This document shows, one piece after another, positions 16,642 through 25,404 of a stretch of 32,123 nucleotides of DNA. Both the position numbers and the translations under genes were made by a program. Source of the stretch: Nanobdellota archaeon (lineage in GTDB: Archaea > Nanobdellota > Nanobdellia > UBA10117). Positions within the stretch are counted from its first letter, which is position 1. Every line of letters begins with the position of its first letter. Below the pieces are notes generated by a model, which saw only the letters and a list, made by a program, of their open reading frames with translations, made no database searches and had not been told where the DNA came from. The stretch lies in assembly GCA_038045805.1 (NCBI GenBank), contig JBBSXK010000003.1:1-32123 (forward strand), written 5' to 3'.

Positions 16642-17277
16642 TCAAACCATCAAAGTAATTGCGAACATACTTATGCATAGTGCGAAAAATCCTAGCCAAA
16701 TTGATTTGCTCCATTGCCAGACTTTTGCACCATCTAATAAAGACATAGGAATCATATTGAATATTGCCAGCCAGGCATTTACTTGTGCTGTAACTATTGC
16801 TAATTGAAATCCCATAGCAGCGAATGGTAAAGCTATAGCAGTTAAAATTACATTTATTATTGGACCTGAAATTCCAATTATACCCATATCTTTCAAATCT
16901 ATTGATCTAGCGGAAAATCCAAAAGGAGATTTTCTTACGTTCGATATCATAGTAGCGCCTGGTGCGGCGAAGACAAATCCGCCTTTAGTTATTATTGCTA
17001 AGCCAACAGCCAGAAGCAAACCAACTGGCCAAGCTCTAAACTCTGCCCACAATCCTTTTTTTTGTGCTACAAATTTATGTGCTAATTCGTGTAAAATAAA
17101 TGCTAAACCAACTGCAACAAGAGCATCAGTAAAGTAACTTAATTTGTAGCCTTGAAAGAAAACATTTCCGCCGAAAACTACATCGCTATTAAGAATAAGT
17201 GAAAAAGCAAATGCAAGTGCTATAGTTGCAATAGCAATGTGCTGTACTTCTTCCAATGAAAAATTATATTTCGACAT
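16642..17277 (-). CDS. M50-family (site-2 protease-like) intramembrane metalloprotease
   Basis: HELAHKF (HExxH) inside a TM segment and NMIPMSLLDGAKV (NxxPxxxLDG). About 6 TM segments. 1-nt gaps to smc upstream and scpA downstream. Confidence 0.8.
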   Translation of the reverse strand: MSKYNFSLEEVQHIAIATIALAFAFSLILNSDVVFGGNVFFQGYKLSYFTDALVAVGLAFILHELAHKFVAQKKGLWAEFRAWPVGLLLAVGLAIITKGGFVFAAPGATMISNVRKSPFGFSARSIDLKDMGIIGISGPIINVILTAIALPFAAMGFQLAIVTAQVNAWLAIFNMIPMSLLDGAKVWQWSKSIWLGFFALCISMFAITLMV

Positions 17278-17278
17278 A

Positions 17279-20200
17279 TTATATCTTCAAACCAACTGCG
17301 TTGGATTCTCCGGTTTTTGCCATACTAATTCCATAGATATTATCAGCTTCCGAAATTACATTATCATTATGACTTATCATTATTACTTGCGCGCGTTTGC
17401 TGTATTCTTTTAAGAGCTTGCCAACTTTTTCTGAATTTACTTTATCTAAAGCTGCATCGATTTCATCTAAAAGGTAAAATGGGGCTGGCTCAAAATCTTG
17501 AATTGCAAAAATAAACGATAGAGCTACAAGAACTTTTTCTCCGCCGGATAAAGATGCGAGAGACATACGTTTACCTTTCAGGTCTTTTACATCTACAGAT
17601 ACGCCACCTTCAAATGGCTTTTCCCTATTTTCGAGCTCCAACTTCGCGAAATTCTTATCTGCGATTTTTGCATGTAGTTGTTCAAAATTCTTTGCGACTT
17701 CATCATAAGTTTTCATAAATGACTCTTTCTTTCTTTTCTCTACGTCATCAATCATACCAAGAACGTGATTTTTTTCATCTGCGAGTTTAGACGATTTTGA
17801 TGCAAGCTCTTCATATTCCTTTTCAACAGATTCAAAAATTTCTAGTGCCCGCATATTTACATTGCCCAATCTTGTTAAAGATGCTGAATAATTTCTAATT
17901 TCTTTCTTTGCCTCTTCTAAATTCCTTATATCTGATAGAATTTCTGCGCCTTTGTAATCTTCCATTTCTTCTTCAAGTACTGTTATTTGTGCGGAAATTT
18001 CTGCTTTATTTATCAACAATTGATGTTTATCTTTTTCTACTGCTCCTATATGAAATTCAAATTTATGTCCGTTATTTTCAGCTTCGCGCAGCTCTGATGA
18101 AAGTTTTGTTTTTGTATCGGTAAGTTTTCGCAGCGCTCCATGGAACTTTTCTGATTCTTTTTCTCTTGATTCAAGTTTTTTATCTAATTTTTCAACTAAA
18201 ATTTCTGTATCTTTTGCTTGTCTCTCAAAAGTTTTCCTTTCCTTTTCAAGTCCTGATAAAACTTTAATTATATTTTCCTGCTCTGGTAGAAGTCCGTTTT
18301 CTAAAGTTGCTATAAGTGCTGCAAGTTGGCTGTCAATTTGATTTTTCTCTTCATTCAAACTTGAAAGCTCTTTGCTTTGCTCGCCAAACTGCAATTCTCT
18401 TAGTCTAGAGCGTACAGAATTTTTCTCTTCTGCTTTTTCTTCAAGAGCACCATCTAAATTATTTAATTCTTTTTCCAATCTTCCAACACTAGAGTTAAAT
18501 AATTTTATTTTATGTTCGTTTTCTTTGCTCGCAGATTGCAAATCATTAATTAATCTTATTTTATCTTTTGCGCTTCTTTCATCTCCTAAATCAGCCTTCT
18601 GCGCCCTTAACATAGTTACTTGTGAATCTAATTCCAATCTTCGTCTTTCTGAACTTTCCATTTCAGATCTTATTGCTTCTAAATCTGATTCTATTTTTAC
18701 AAGAGCGCCCTGTGCTCGCGTATCTTCAAACTCTAAGCCTGAGCTTTTTGGTCTGTAGCCTCCAGTTATAGCTCCGCTTTTATCAAAAACATCTCCGTCA
18801 AGCGTTACCATTCTATATGCTGTAATGCCTAAACTTTTTGCAGTATTTACATCTTTGATAATCAATGTATTTCCGAAAATATATTGGAAAATTTTCTTGT
18901 ATTTTGACTGGCAATTAATTAAATCTGACGCTAAACCGAAAACATCTTTGTTACTTAAAACTATTTTTGGTATTGAACTTGTATCTGGAGTTTTTATTTT
19001 ATCAAGCGGTAAAAGTGTTGCAATTCCTGCTTTTGCATTTTTCAAATCCTGTAAGCATTTTATTGCTGTAGTTGTATTTTCAACAACTATATTTTTTAGC
19101 CTTGCACCTGCTGCAACTCTTAATGCAACAGAATATTCTGGATCTACTTGTCCAAGCTCCGCAACAGTCCCTAAAATATTCTTATTATTGCTCCGCTTCA
19201 AAAGTCCGATTGCTCTATCCTGTAAAAGAACCTCATGCGCCCCTGATTTTATCCTAATACTTCCGGCTTCGGATTCTTTCTTAATCAGTTCTTTTCTTAA
19301 ATTACCGATTTGTAAGGCTAATTTTGAATCTTCGTTTGCGAGTTTGTTTATTTCTTTTATAATATCATCATAGCTTACTTTTCCTGTTTTTTGCGATGTT
19401 CCAGATTTTGTAAAATCAGCCAGTCGTTCGATTGTTGTTTGTATTTGACTTTCAAGAATTTTTATTTCTGCCAGCATTTCGTGTCTTTGCTCATTTAACT
19501 TCTGGCGTTCTTTAGCAAGAGTTTCGATATTTCCTTCGAGTGCACTTGCTTGATCTTCAAGCGTCTTCAAATCTGTTTCTTCAACTTTACGCTTAAAAGA
19601 TGTTAATTTTTTAGAAAGTTCTTTTTCTCTCTTTTCAAGTTCGCTTTTTTCATTTTGCTTTTCTGAAATTTTTCGCTGTATACTGCTGAGATTTTTATCT
19701 AAATCTACTTTTCGTACTTCGATTCGATCGATTTCATTTAACGAACTCGCGATTAAATTACGTGATTTTTCTGATTCAATCCTCAATTCTTCCATATCTT
19801 TCTGTAATTGAGTGAGTTCTGGACCGCCTTTTTCTTCTATTTGCTTATCGAGTTTCTTAATTGAACCAGTCAAATCCAAAATCTTTTGTTTAGAGATTTG
19901 TATTTCAAGTTTTAGGTTTTCGAGTTCATTATTTTTACTGCTAATATCATCATCTACTTTTTCTTTTTTCTCTAATGCGTAATTTTTTCTAATATTGACT
20001 TCTGTTGCTTGAGCCGACTTAAGCTGTTTTTCTATATCTCTGTATTTTTCTGCATCGGCTTTTTCCTTTTCAAGATTTTTCATATAAACTCCTTTTTCAG
20101 AAAGGATAATATCAACTTCTTTCAATCTCTCATCAACTTTGGCAAGTTCTTGTAGTGCTTTATTTTTTCTGTCTTCGTAGAAACCTATTCCAGCAATCTC

Positions 20201-20689
20201 TTCGATTACCTGCCGTTTGTGTATTGGCTTCATATCTACAAATCTAGCTATATCTCCTTGTAGAATTATATTATGGCCATCTGGAAATATTTTTGCTTTT
20301 GATAGCAATTCGAGAGCTTGCTGCCTTGTAACATTCTTATCGTTTATTTTGTATTGGGTTTGTCCGCTTCGTTTTATTTTTCTTTTGAGTTCTACTTCTT
20401 TTGTATTGTAGGGAAAAACTTTTGCTTCATTGTCGAGTGTTAAAACTACTTCACCTTCGGAAGCAACATTACTTTTTCTTCTGAATAAAAGCTCTGCAAA
20501 ATTGTCTGCCCGCAAATCCTTGGAACTCATCCGTCCAAGAACAAAGCAAAGTGAATCGAGAACATTTGATTTGCCCGAGCCATTAGGTCCGATGCAAATA
20601 TTTAGGCCATTACTGAGGTCGAAAACAGTCTTGCGATTAAATGATTTGAAACCACGCATTTGAAGCTGTTTTAGATAAGTAACTGGCAT
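17279..20689 (-). CDS. smc: chromosome segregation ATPase SMC
   Basis: FKSF...GPNGSGKSN (Walker A), long coiled-coils, a central hinge, LSGGEK signature and FYLLDEIDAALD (Walker B). A TATA box (20712-20719) is centred about 26 nt upstream of the ATG. Confidence 0.95.
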   Translation of the reverse strand: MPVTYLKQLQMRGFKSFNRKTVFDLSNGLNICIGPNGSGKSNVLDSLCFVLGRMSSKDLRADNFAELLFRRKSNVASEGEVVLTLDNEAKVFPYNTKEVELKRKIKRSGQTQYKINDKNVTRQQALELLSKAKIFPDGHNIILQGDIARFVDMKPIHKRQVIEEIAGIGFYEDRKNKALQELAKVDERLKEVDIILSEKGVYMKNLEKEKADAEKYRDIEKQLKSAQATEVNIRKNYALEKKEKVDDDISSKNNELENLKLEIQISKQKILDLTGSIKKLDKQIEEKGGPELTQLQKDMEELRIESEKSRNLIASSLNEIDRIEVRKVDLDKNLSSIQRKISEKQNEKSELEKREKELSKKLTSFKRKVEETDLKTLEDQASALEGNIETLAKERQKLNEQRHEMLAEIKILESQIQTTIERLADFTKSGTSQKTGKVSYDDIIKEINKLANEDSKLALQIGNLRKELIKKESEAGSIRIKSGAHEVLLQDRAIGLLKRSNNKNILGTVAELGQVDPEYSVALRVAAGARLKNIVVENTTTAIKCLQDLKNAKAGIATLLPLDKIKTPDTSSIPKIVLSNKDVFGLASDLINCQSKYKKIFQYIFGNTLIIKDVNTAKSLGITAYRMVTLDGDVFDKSGAITGGYRPKSSGLEFEDTRAQGALVKIESDLEAIRSEMESSERRRLELDSQVTMLRAQKADLGDERSAKDKIRLINDLQSASKENEHKIKLFNSSVGRLEKELNNLDGALEEKAEEKNSVRSRLRELQFGEQSKELSSLNEEKNQIDSQLAALIATLENGLLPEQENIIKVLSGLEKERKTFERQAKDTEILVEKLDKKLESREKESEKFHGALRKLTDTKTKLSSELREAENNGHKFEFHIGAVEKDKHQLLINKAEISAQITVLEEEMEDYKGAEILSDIRNLEEAKKEIRNYSASLTRLGNVNMRALEIFESVEKEYEELASKSSKLADEKNHVLGMIDDVEKRKKESFMKTYDEVAKNFEQLHAKIADKNFAKLELENREKPFEGGVSVDVKDLKGKRMSLASLSGGEKVLVALSFIFAIQDFEPAPFYLLDEIDAALDKVNSEKVGKLLKEYSKRAQVIMISHNDNVISEADNIYGISMAKTGESNAVGLKI

Positions 20690-20739
20690 TCTTAGTGAGG
20701 GTATTTAATTACTTATAAACATAGCGTTTCTAGAGTCAA

Positions 20740-22035
20740 TCAAGGACTTAATCTCTCTGGATCCCTTGGGAAAAGGACAGCTTCCCTTATGTTATCTAAA
20801 TTTAGGATATTTTTTACCATTCTATCTATTCCTAACCCAAAACCACCATGTGCTGGCGTGCCGAATTTGAAAGTGTTTAAATAATCTTCAAAATCTTTAA
20901 CGTTCAAGCCTTTCTCTTTTATCTGGCTGGCTAGTTTTTCATAATTATGTTCTCTTTGTCCGCCAGATGCTAATTCTTCGCCATTGTATTCGAAATCAAA
21001 AGCTTTGCTGTAAATCTTTCCATCTTTCATAATGTAAAAAGGCTTTATGCTAAAAGGAAATTTAGTAATAAAGTATGCTTTAGTTTTATATTTCTTTTCT
21101 ATTAAATCACCAAGTTTCTTTTCATCCTCTGTTCCGATGTCATCTCCTTTCTTAATTTTTATTCCTTCCTTGGCTAGTAATTTTAATGCATTTTCATAAG
21201 TTACTTTTGGGAAAGGAATTTTTGGCGCTGCCAGATTTAATCCTAATTTTTCTAATTCATATTTATTATTCGTATTTAATTTCTTCAAAACATACACAAA
21301 CATATCTTCTATTATTTTCATAATATCATTTTCATCTTTAATGAATGCTATTTCGAAATCAAATTGGGTGAATTCCGCGAGATGTCTCATCGTATGAGAC
21401 TTTTCAGCTCTGAAAGTAGGACCAATTTCGTAAACTTTATCCAATCCGGCTGCAAGAAGCATTTGTTTGTATAATTGCTGGCTCTGGCTTAAGTAAGCTT
21501 TCTTTCCATAATAGTCGAGCGAGAACAATGTTGCGCCGCCTTCTGCTCCGCTACCGACAATCTTTGGAGTTTGCATCTCTATAAAACCATTCTGCTGTAA
21601 ATATTCTCTTATGTAATAATTTATCGATGAACGTAGTTTGAAAATTGCATATTTTTTTGCGCTTCTTAAATCCAAAACTCTCCAGTTTAGTCTTTTACTC
21701 AAATCTGTTGCTATTTTGCCCGACATATCTATTGGTAAATTTGCATCGGCTTTTGACAAAATTTCGAATTTCTGAAGTTCTACTTCATTTCCGCCAGATT
21801 TTAATTTCGATTCACGGACTTTTCCCTTTGCATAAATTACAGATTCGTGCGTGAGATCTTTTAATGAATTTATGAGTTTCTTATTTGATGCTACTAACTG
21901 GACTTCTCCTTCTCTGTCTCTCAATTTAACAAATGCTATTTTTCCTAGAACTTTTATGACAGCCGCCCAGCCAGCAAGCTCAACGGCACTTCCGACTTTT
22001 GCTTTTTGTATATCTTTGCTATAAGAGCGTTTCAT
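20740..22035 (-). CDS. aspS: aspartyl-tRNA synthetase, archaeal/eukaryotic type
   Basis: LSQSQQLYKQ (QSPQLYKQ-type), FRAEKSHTMRHLAEF (motif 2), GGFGLGIDRM (motif 3) and the terminal LFPRDPERLSP typical of type-2 AspRS. Confidence 0.85.
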   Translation of the reverse strand: MKRSYSKDIQKAKVGSAVELAGWAAVIKVLGKIAFVKLRDREGEVQLVASNKKLINSLKDLTHESVIYAKGKVRESKLKSGGNEVELQKFEILSKADANLPIDMSGKIATDLSKRLNWRVLDLRSAKKYAIFKLRSSINYYIREYLQQNGFIEMQTPKIVGSGAEGGATLFSLDYYGKKAYLSQSQQLYKQMLLAAGLDKVYEIGPTFRAEKSHTMRHLAEFTQFDFEIAFIKDENDIMKIIEDMFVYVLKKLNTNNKYELEKLGLNLAAPKIPFPKVTYENALKLLAKEGIKIKKGDDIGTEDEKKLGDLIEKKYKTKAYFITKFPFSIKPFYIMKDGKIYSKAFDFEYNGEELASGGQREHNYEKLASQIKEKGLNVKDFEDYLNTFKFGTPAHGGFGLGIDRMVKNILNLDNIREAVLFPRDPERLSP

Positions 22036-22104
22036 AATTTAAAAAGAGTCTATCAATATTTAAAGGTTAACAAACTTTAAATACCTGTCAAATAAACTAC
22101 TAAT

Positions 22105-22356
22105 ATGGTAAAGAAACGAAAAGCTAAAGGTGAAAATACTGAAAGAAATTCATTTGTAGCTATAGCGCTCGTCTCTGTCGTGGCTGTAGTCGGCTTACTT
22201 GGCTTATTTGGAACTGGTAATGGAGTATTTACTGGAAGCGGTGCTGCAACTGCAGCAATTACTGCGGTTTCATCTGATTATTTCTTAATGACTTTGTTAG
22301 TTTTAGTCGGTATAGGTTTAACAGGTTTATATTTGCAGAACGAGAAAGTTTTCTAA
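22105..22356 (+). CDS. small membrane protein, hypothetical
   Basis: Basic N-terminus and two hydrophobic segments. A TATA-like CTTTAAATA is centred about 26 nt upstream of the ATG. Confidence 0.45.
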   Translation: MVKKRKAKGENTERNSFVAIALVSVVAVVGLLGLFGTGNGVFTGSGAATAAITAVSSDYFLMTLLVLVGIGLTGLYLQNEKVF

Positions 22357-23012
22357 TTTTGAAAATTTAATTTTTGCTGGGCTTTCAAATGCTTAAGTTT
22401 CTTTATATTTCCCCAAGAATGCCTGATATATTTTGCTAATGTATTTTCCCAGTGCTCTTCTACAAATTTTTTTGTTATTGGATCAGCAGAGTAGCCTGAA
22501 CCGAAATCTAATTTGACTTCTTTCTTAATTTTCTCGATTTCAGCATCTCTTGTAACTTTTGCTAAAATACTTGCGGCACTCGCTTCCCGGTGATTGACGT
22601 CTGCCTTGTGTTCCGCATGTATATCTTTTGGCAGGAAATCCAAATGATCGCGGATGTATTTCGCAAATGTTTTTGCATCGGGCGAAGTAGGCGAGTCAAC
22701 ATAAACTACATCGGGTTTTAATTCACTAATAATTTCTGCTGCCTTAATTGCTTCTAGGTGATTCAGATTAATTCCTTTTGCATTCGTACTATCAATTTCA
22801 TCGGCCGGCACAATAATAATTTTATAGCTGTGAGCCAGCTTTATTATCTCATTAAACAATTCTTTCCGCTTTTTTTCTGGAACTAATTTAGAATCTCTGA
22901 CATTAAGCCGGACTAATTCTGGTAAATCTTTTTCATCAAAACACGCTCCAGCTATAACTAAAGGACCTATTACAGGGCCTCTGCCAGCTTCGTCAATACC
23001 ACATATTTTCAT
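22353..23012 (-). CDS. rnhB: ribonuclease HII
   Basis: MKICGIDEAGRGPVIGPLVIAG, plus the VDS and SAASI(L)AKV blocks of RNase HII. Confidence 0.9.
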   Translation of the reverse strand: MKICGIDEAGRGPVIGPLVIAGACFDEKDLPELVRLNVRDSKLVPEKKRKELFNEIIKLAHSYKIIIVPADEIDSTNAKGINLNHLEAIKAAEIISELKPDVVYVDSPTSPDAKTFAKYIRDHLDFLPKDIHAEHKADVNHREASAASILAKVTRDAEIEKIKKEVKLDFGSGYSADPITKKFVEEHWENTLAKYIRHSWGNIKKLKHLKAQQKLNFQN

Positions 23013-23019
23013 AATACAA

Positions 23020-23128
23020 TAGCGAGGGTTGGATTTGAACCAACGACCTACGGGTTACCAACGCTTGGTTCTGCAAAAGAACTTTGCGATATGAGCCCAT
23101 CGAGCACTCCAGGCTGCTCTACCTCGCT
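23020..23128 (-). tRNA. tRNA-Met(CAT), initiator-like, with a 34-nt intron at 37/38 (intron 23056-23089)
   Basis: Minus-strand fold: AGCGAGG-TA-GAGC-AGCCTGGAGT-GCTC-G-ATGGG-CTCATA[intron]A-CCCGT-AGGTC-GTTGG-TTCAAAT-CCAAC-CCTCGCT-A. The A1:U72 pair and three G:C pairs closing the anticodon stem are archaeal initiator features. No CCA encoded. A CAT anticodon could alternatively be tRNA-Ile2. Confidence 0.85.
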
Positions 23129-23151
23129 ATATTCTTATGCTTTAGAAAACG

Positions 23152-23159
23152 ATTTATAA
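23152..23159 (-). promoter_or_regulatory. TATA box (TTATAAAT) for tRNA-Met
   Basis: Centred about 27 nt upstream of the tRNA 5' end at 23128. Confidence 0.45.
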
Positions 23160-23163
23160 GCCT

Positions 23164-24291
23164 TTACTCGCCTATATGTTTGACTGTTAAAGAATGTATA
23201 CTCTTATGATATTCTTCTGCTTTTTTTGTTAATTTACCTTTTGTCAAAAAAAGAACTGGTATTTTTTTATCCAAGCCAGTATTATAAGCCATATTCAAAT
23301 CTGCATCGTTAATTATTTTTTTATCTCTTACTATTGCAAGCATTTTCAGTGGTCCGATTGCGGACTCTAATTCTACTATTATTTCTGCATCTTTGCCTTT
23401 TTTCTGCAATTCTTTGGAAATAATTACACCGCCAATTCCAGTCAAATAGCCTACTGCTTGTATTACACAATTACCTTCATCATACATTTTTAGCTGTGTA
23501 GATTTAATTGGCTCTTCTTGTTCAGTTGACAATACATAATTTAATTTTTTAACTTTTGATTCTGTCTTTGGTTTTATAATTTCTTTTACTTTGGTTTTAG
23601 TTTTGCTCAATTTAGACTTTAATTTTGATTCGTCTACTTCATCAAGTTCCTGTGGCATCATGCCAATCTGTTCCTCGATTAATTCTTTTACTTCTTCGAC
23701 TACATCTGACTCTATATTCATATTTTTTAATTTCGATAATATTTCACCGCCAACCGCGACTGGTTTTTCTACAAATAAACTTTTAATGTCTTCGACAGTT
23801 ATTGGTAAAACAGCTTTGAGTTTTTTTTGCTTTACTTCTCGTTCTTCTATTTCGCGCAGCCTTTGCAGAAACTGCTCTTGCTTTTTTTGTAATTCTTTGG
23901 TATCTTTGATGCGAGGTGCAGCTAAGTCATACTCAGATTGCACTGGAGTTATTGGTGGAGGAGTTCCATACGTTGATACTTTTACTTCTACTTTGCCTAC
24001 TGAGACATTTTGTTTTGTTGGAGCTACTCGTACTTCACTTTGCTTGTTTAAGCCAAATGATTGGAGTCTGGCTCTGGCAGCCGCTTCTTGTCCTGAAACG
24101 TAATATAAGAATTCATTGCCAACTCGCTCATTAGTTATCTTAATTTGATTGGCTTCGAGCATTTGCGAAAGAAATGCTTTTGCTATGAAACTATCCATGC
24201 TTATTTTCTTAGCTAACTCTATCGGTAGAAGCGGTCCAAATCGTCTAACTATGTCTGTAACATATTCTGGAGTTATTTTTGGCATCGCCAT
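23164..24291 (-). CDS. hypothetical protein: N-terminal winged-helix, K/E-rich linker, C-terminal Mrr-like (PD-(D/E)xK-type) domain
   Basis: N-terminus LPIELAKKISMDSFIAKAFLSQMLEANQIKITNERVGNEFLYYV is wHTH-like. C-terminus GKDAEIIVEL....LKMLAIVRDKKIINDADLNMAY...DKKIPVLFLTKGKLTKKAEEY resembles the Mrr_cat strand order (D ... DxK ... hhFhT.G.hT..A). The assignment is weak. Confidence 0.55.
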   Translation of the reverse strand: MAMPKITPEYVTDIVRRFGPLLPIELAKKISMDSFIAKAFLSQMLEANQIKITNERVGNEFLYYVSGQEAAARARLQSFGLNKQSEVRVAPTKQNVSVGKVEVKVSTYGTPPPITPVQSEYDLAAPRIKDTKELQKKQEQFLQRLREIEEREVKQKKLKAVLPITVEDIKSLFVEKPVAVGGEILSKLKNMNIESDVVEEVKELIEEQIGMMPQELDEVDESKLKSKLSKTKTKVKEIIKPKTESKVKKLNYVLSTEQEEPIKSTQLKMYDEGNCVIQAVGYLTGIGGVIISKELQKKGKDAEIIVELESAIGPLKMLAIVRDKKIINDADLNMAYNTGLDKKIPVLFLTKGKLTKKAEEYHKSIHSLTVKHIGE

Positions 24292-24355
24292 ACGTTTATC
24301 CTTGTAACTATTCTATTAGAAACTATATTAAGAATTTCTATTTTAGAGACGATAG

Positions 24356-25009
24356 TTAAGCGCAGATCTCTAACAATGTGGTTGTACGAGGGTCTGCAAT
24401 ATTAGGTCCACCTGGCTGAACTGCCAAACCTCCAATCACATTAAGTGCAGTAACAGAAACTCCATTATTGGATTCTTTTTGATTTGGCATATTAGTAGGA
24501 GCATAAGTAAATCTTTTGCCCGAAATATCTATTAGAACAGGCAAATTAGGCTCAGATATAAGGCCTATAAACGATACTGTTTTTCCCTTATACGTTGTAG
24601 ATTGGCCTGCCTTAAGATTTACTCTGGTACAAGTTAGTGGTGGTGGTAATGTTTTTACACACATAATTAATTTTGCGCTGGAAGTCTCAGTACTTACTAC
24701 GCTAATAATTACTTCAGTTAAAGTGGTACTGGGTATAGTACTGCTCCCATATACGATATGTTTTGCGCCATCAACGGTTACAGCTACCGTCCCGCTCGAT
24801 CTCGAATTAGTAGTAATAATCTTATCAAGAGTTATGGCCTTGCCATCTTTATTATAAGTTTGTCCAATAGGTAGCATTCTTGTTGAACAACTTGTACCAG
24901 CCGCTCCGGTAATAGTTCCTGTTTCAATTGCTGCTGCGCACAAAGCCAAAATTAAAACAGATACCAAAATGAAAGCAGACTTGTTGAGTTCAATCATTTT
25001 TTCCACCAT
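24356..25009 (-). CDS. secreted or membrane-anchored protein with two Cys-bracketed beta-rich modules
   Basis: N-terminal hydrophobic signal or anchor. Modules are C-STRM-L-PI-GQT-YNKD-GKAITL...KLIMC and C-TRVN-L-KA-GQS-TTYK-GKTVSF...LLEIC. Confidence 0.6.
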   Translation of the reverse strand: MVEKMIELNKSAFILVSVLILALCAAAIETGTITGAAGTSCSTRMLPIGQTYNKDGKAITLDKIITTNSRSSGTVAVTVDGAKHIVYGSSTIPSTTLTEVIISVVSTETSSAKLIMCVKTLPPPLTCTRVNLKAGQSTTYKGKTVSFIGLISEPNLPVLIDISGKRFTYAPTNMPNQKESNNGVSVTALNVIGGLAVQPGGPNIADPRTTTLLEICA

Positions 25010-25026
25010 CCTCGCAAATAATAAAA

Positions 25027-25404
25027 CTAATAGCTATATGTCGTATAAGTACTTTCGCAAATCATAAGATTAGCAACTCTGTTTTGTATGTTTGGAGTAA
25101 AGCGCGTATCAACAACTTCTACCGAAATATCTTCTATTGTCGGTGTATTTCCTATAGTAGCTATAACCATTAACTCATTAATCTTTAAGGATACTTCTCC
25201 TGCTCCTATTACATCAGTTAATTGTACTAGCTGGCCATGCACTATTTTACTTTGTCCTGCAGTCAGAGTAACAGGTACGCAATTAGATGAAGTGGCAATA
25301 ACTGCGCCAGATATATGTTCAGTATTTATTGCTGCTGTCAAAATAGCTAACAACAATATAACGCCAACTATTAATTTTGAAGGTTCTATTTTCATTTTAA
25401 TCAT
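25027..25404 (-). CDS. secreted or membrane-anchored protein with one Cys-bracketed module (paralogue of 24356-25009)
   Basis: Signal or anchor, then C-VPVT-L-TA-GQS-KIVH-GQLVQL...NLMIC. 8-nt overlap with the upstream channel-like gene. Confidence 0.6.
   Translation of the reverse strand: MIKMKIEPSKLIVGVILLLAILTAAINTEHISGAVIATSSNCVPVTLTAGQSKIVHGQLVQLTDVIGAGEVSLKINELMVIATIGNTPTIEDISVEVVDTRFTPNIQNRVANLMICESTYTTYSY

Noticed and set aside
18372-19373. Antisense ORFs of 128 and 182 aa (plus smaller ones) inside smc
   Set aside because: They mirror the K/E/L-rich coiled-coil coding strand, giving F/L/S-rich antisense frames. They have no independent signals, and smc is intact and unambiguous.
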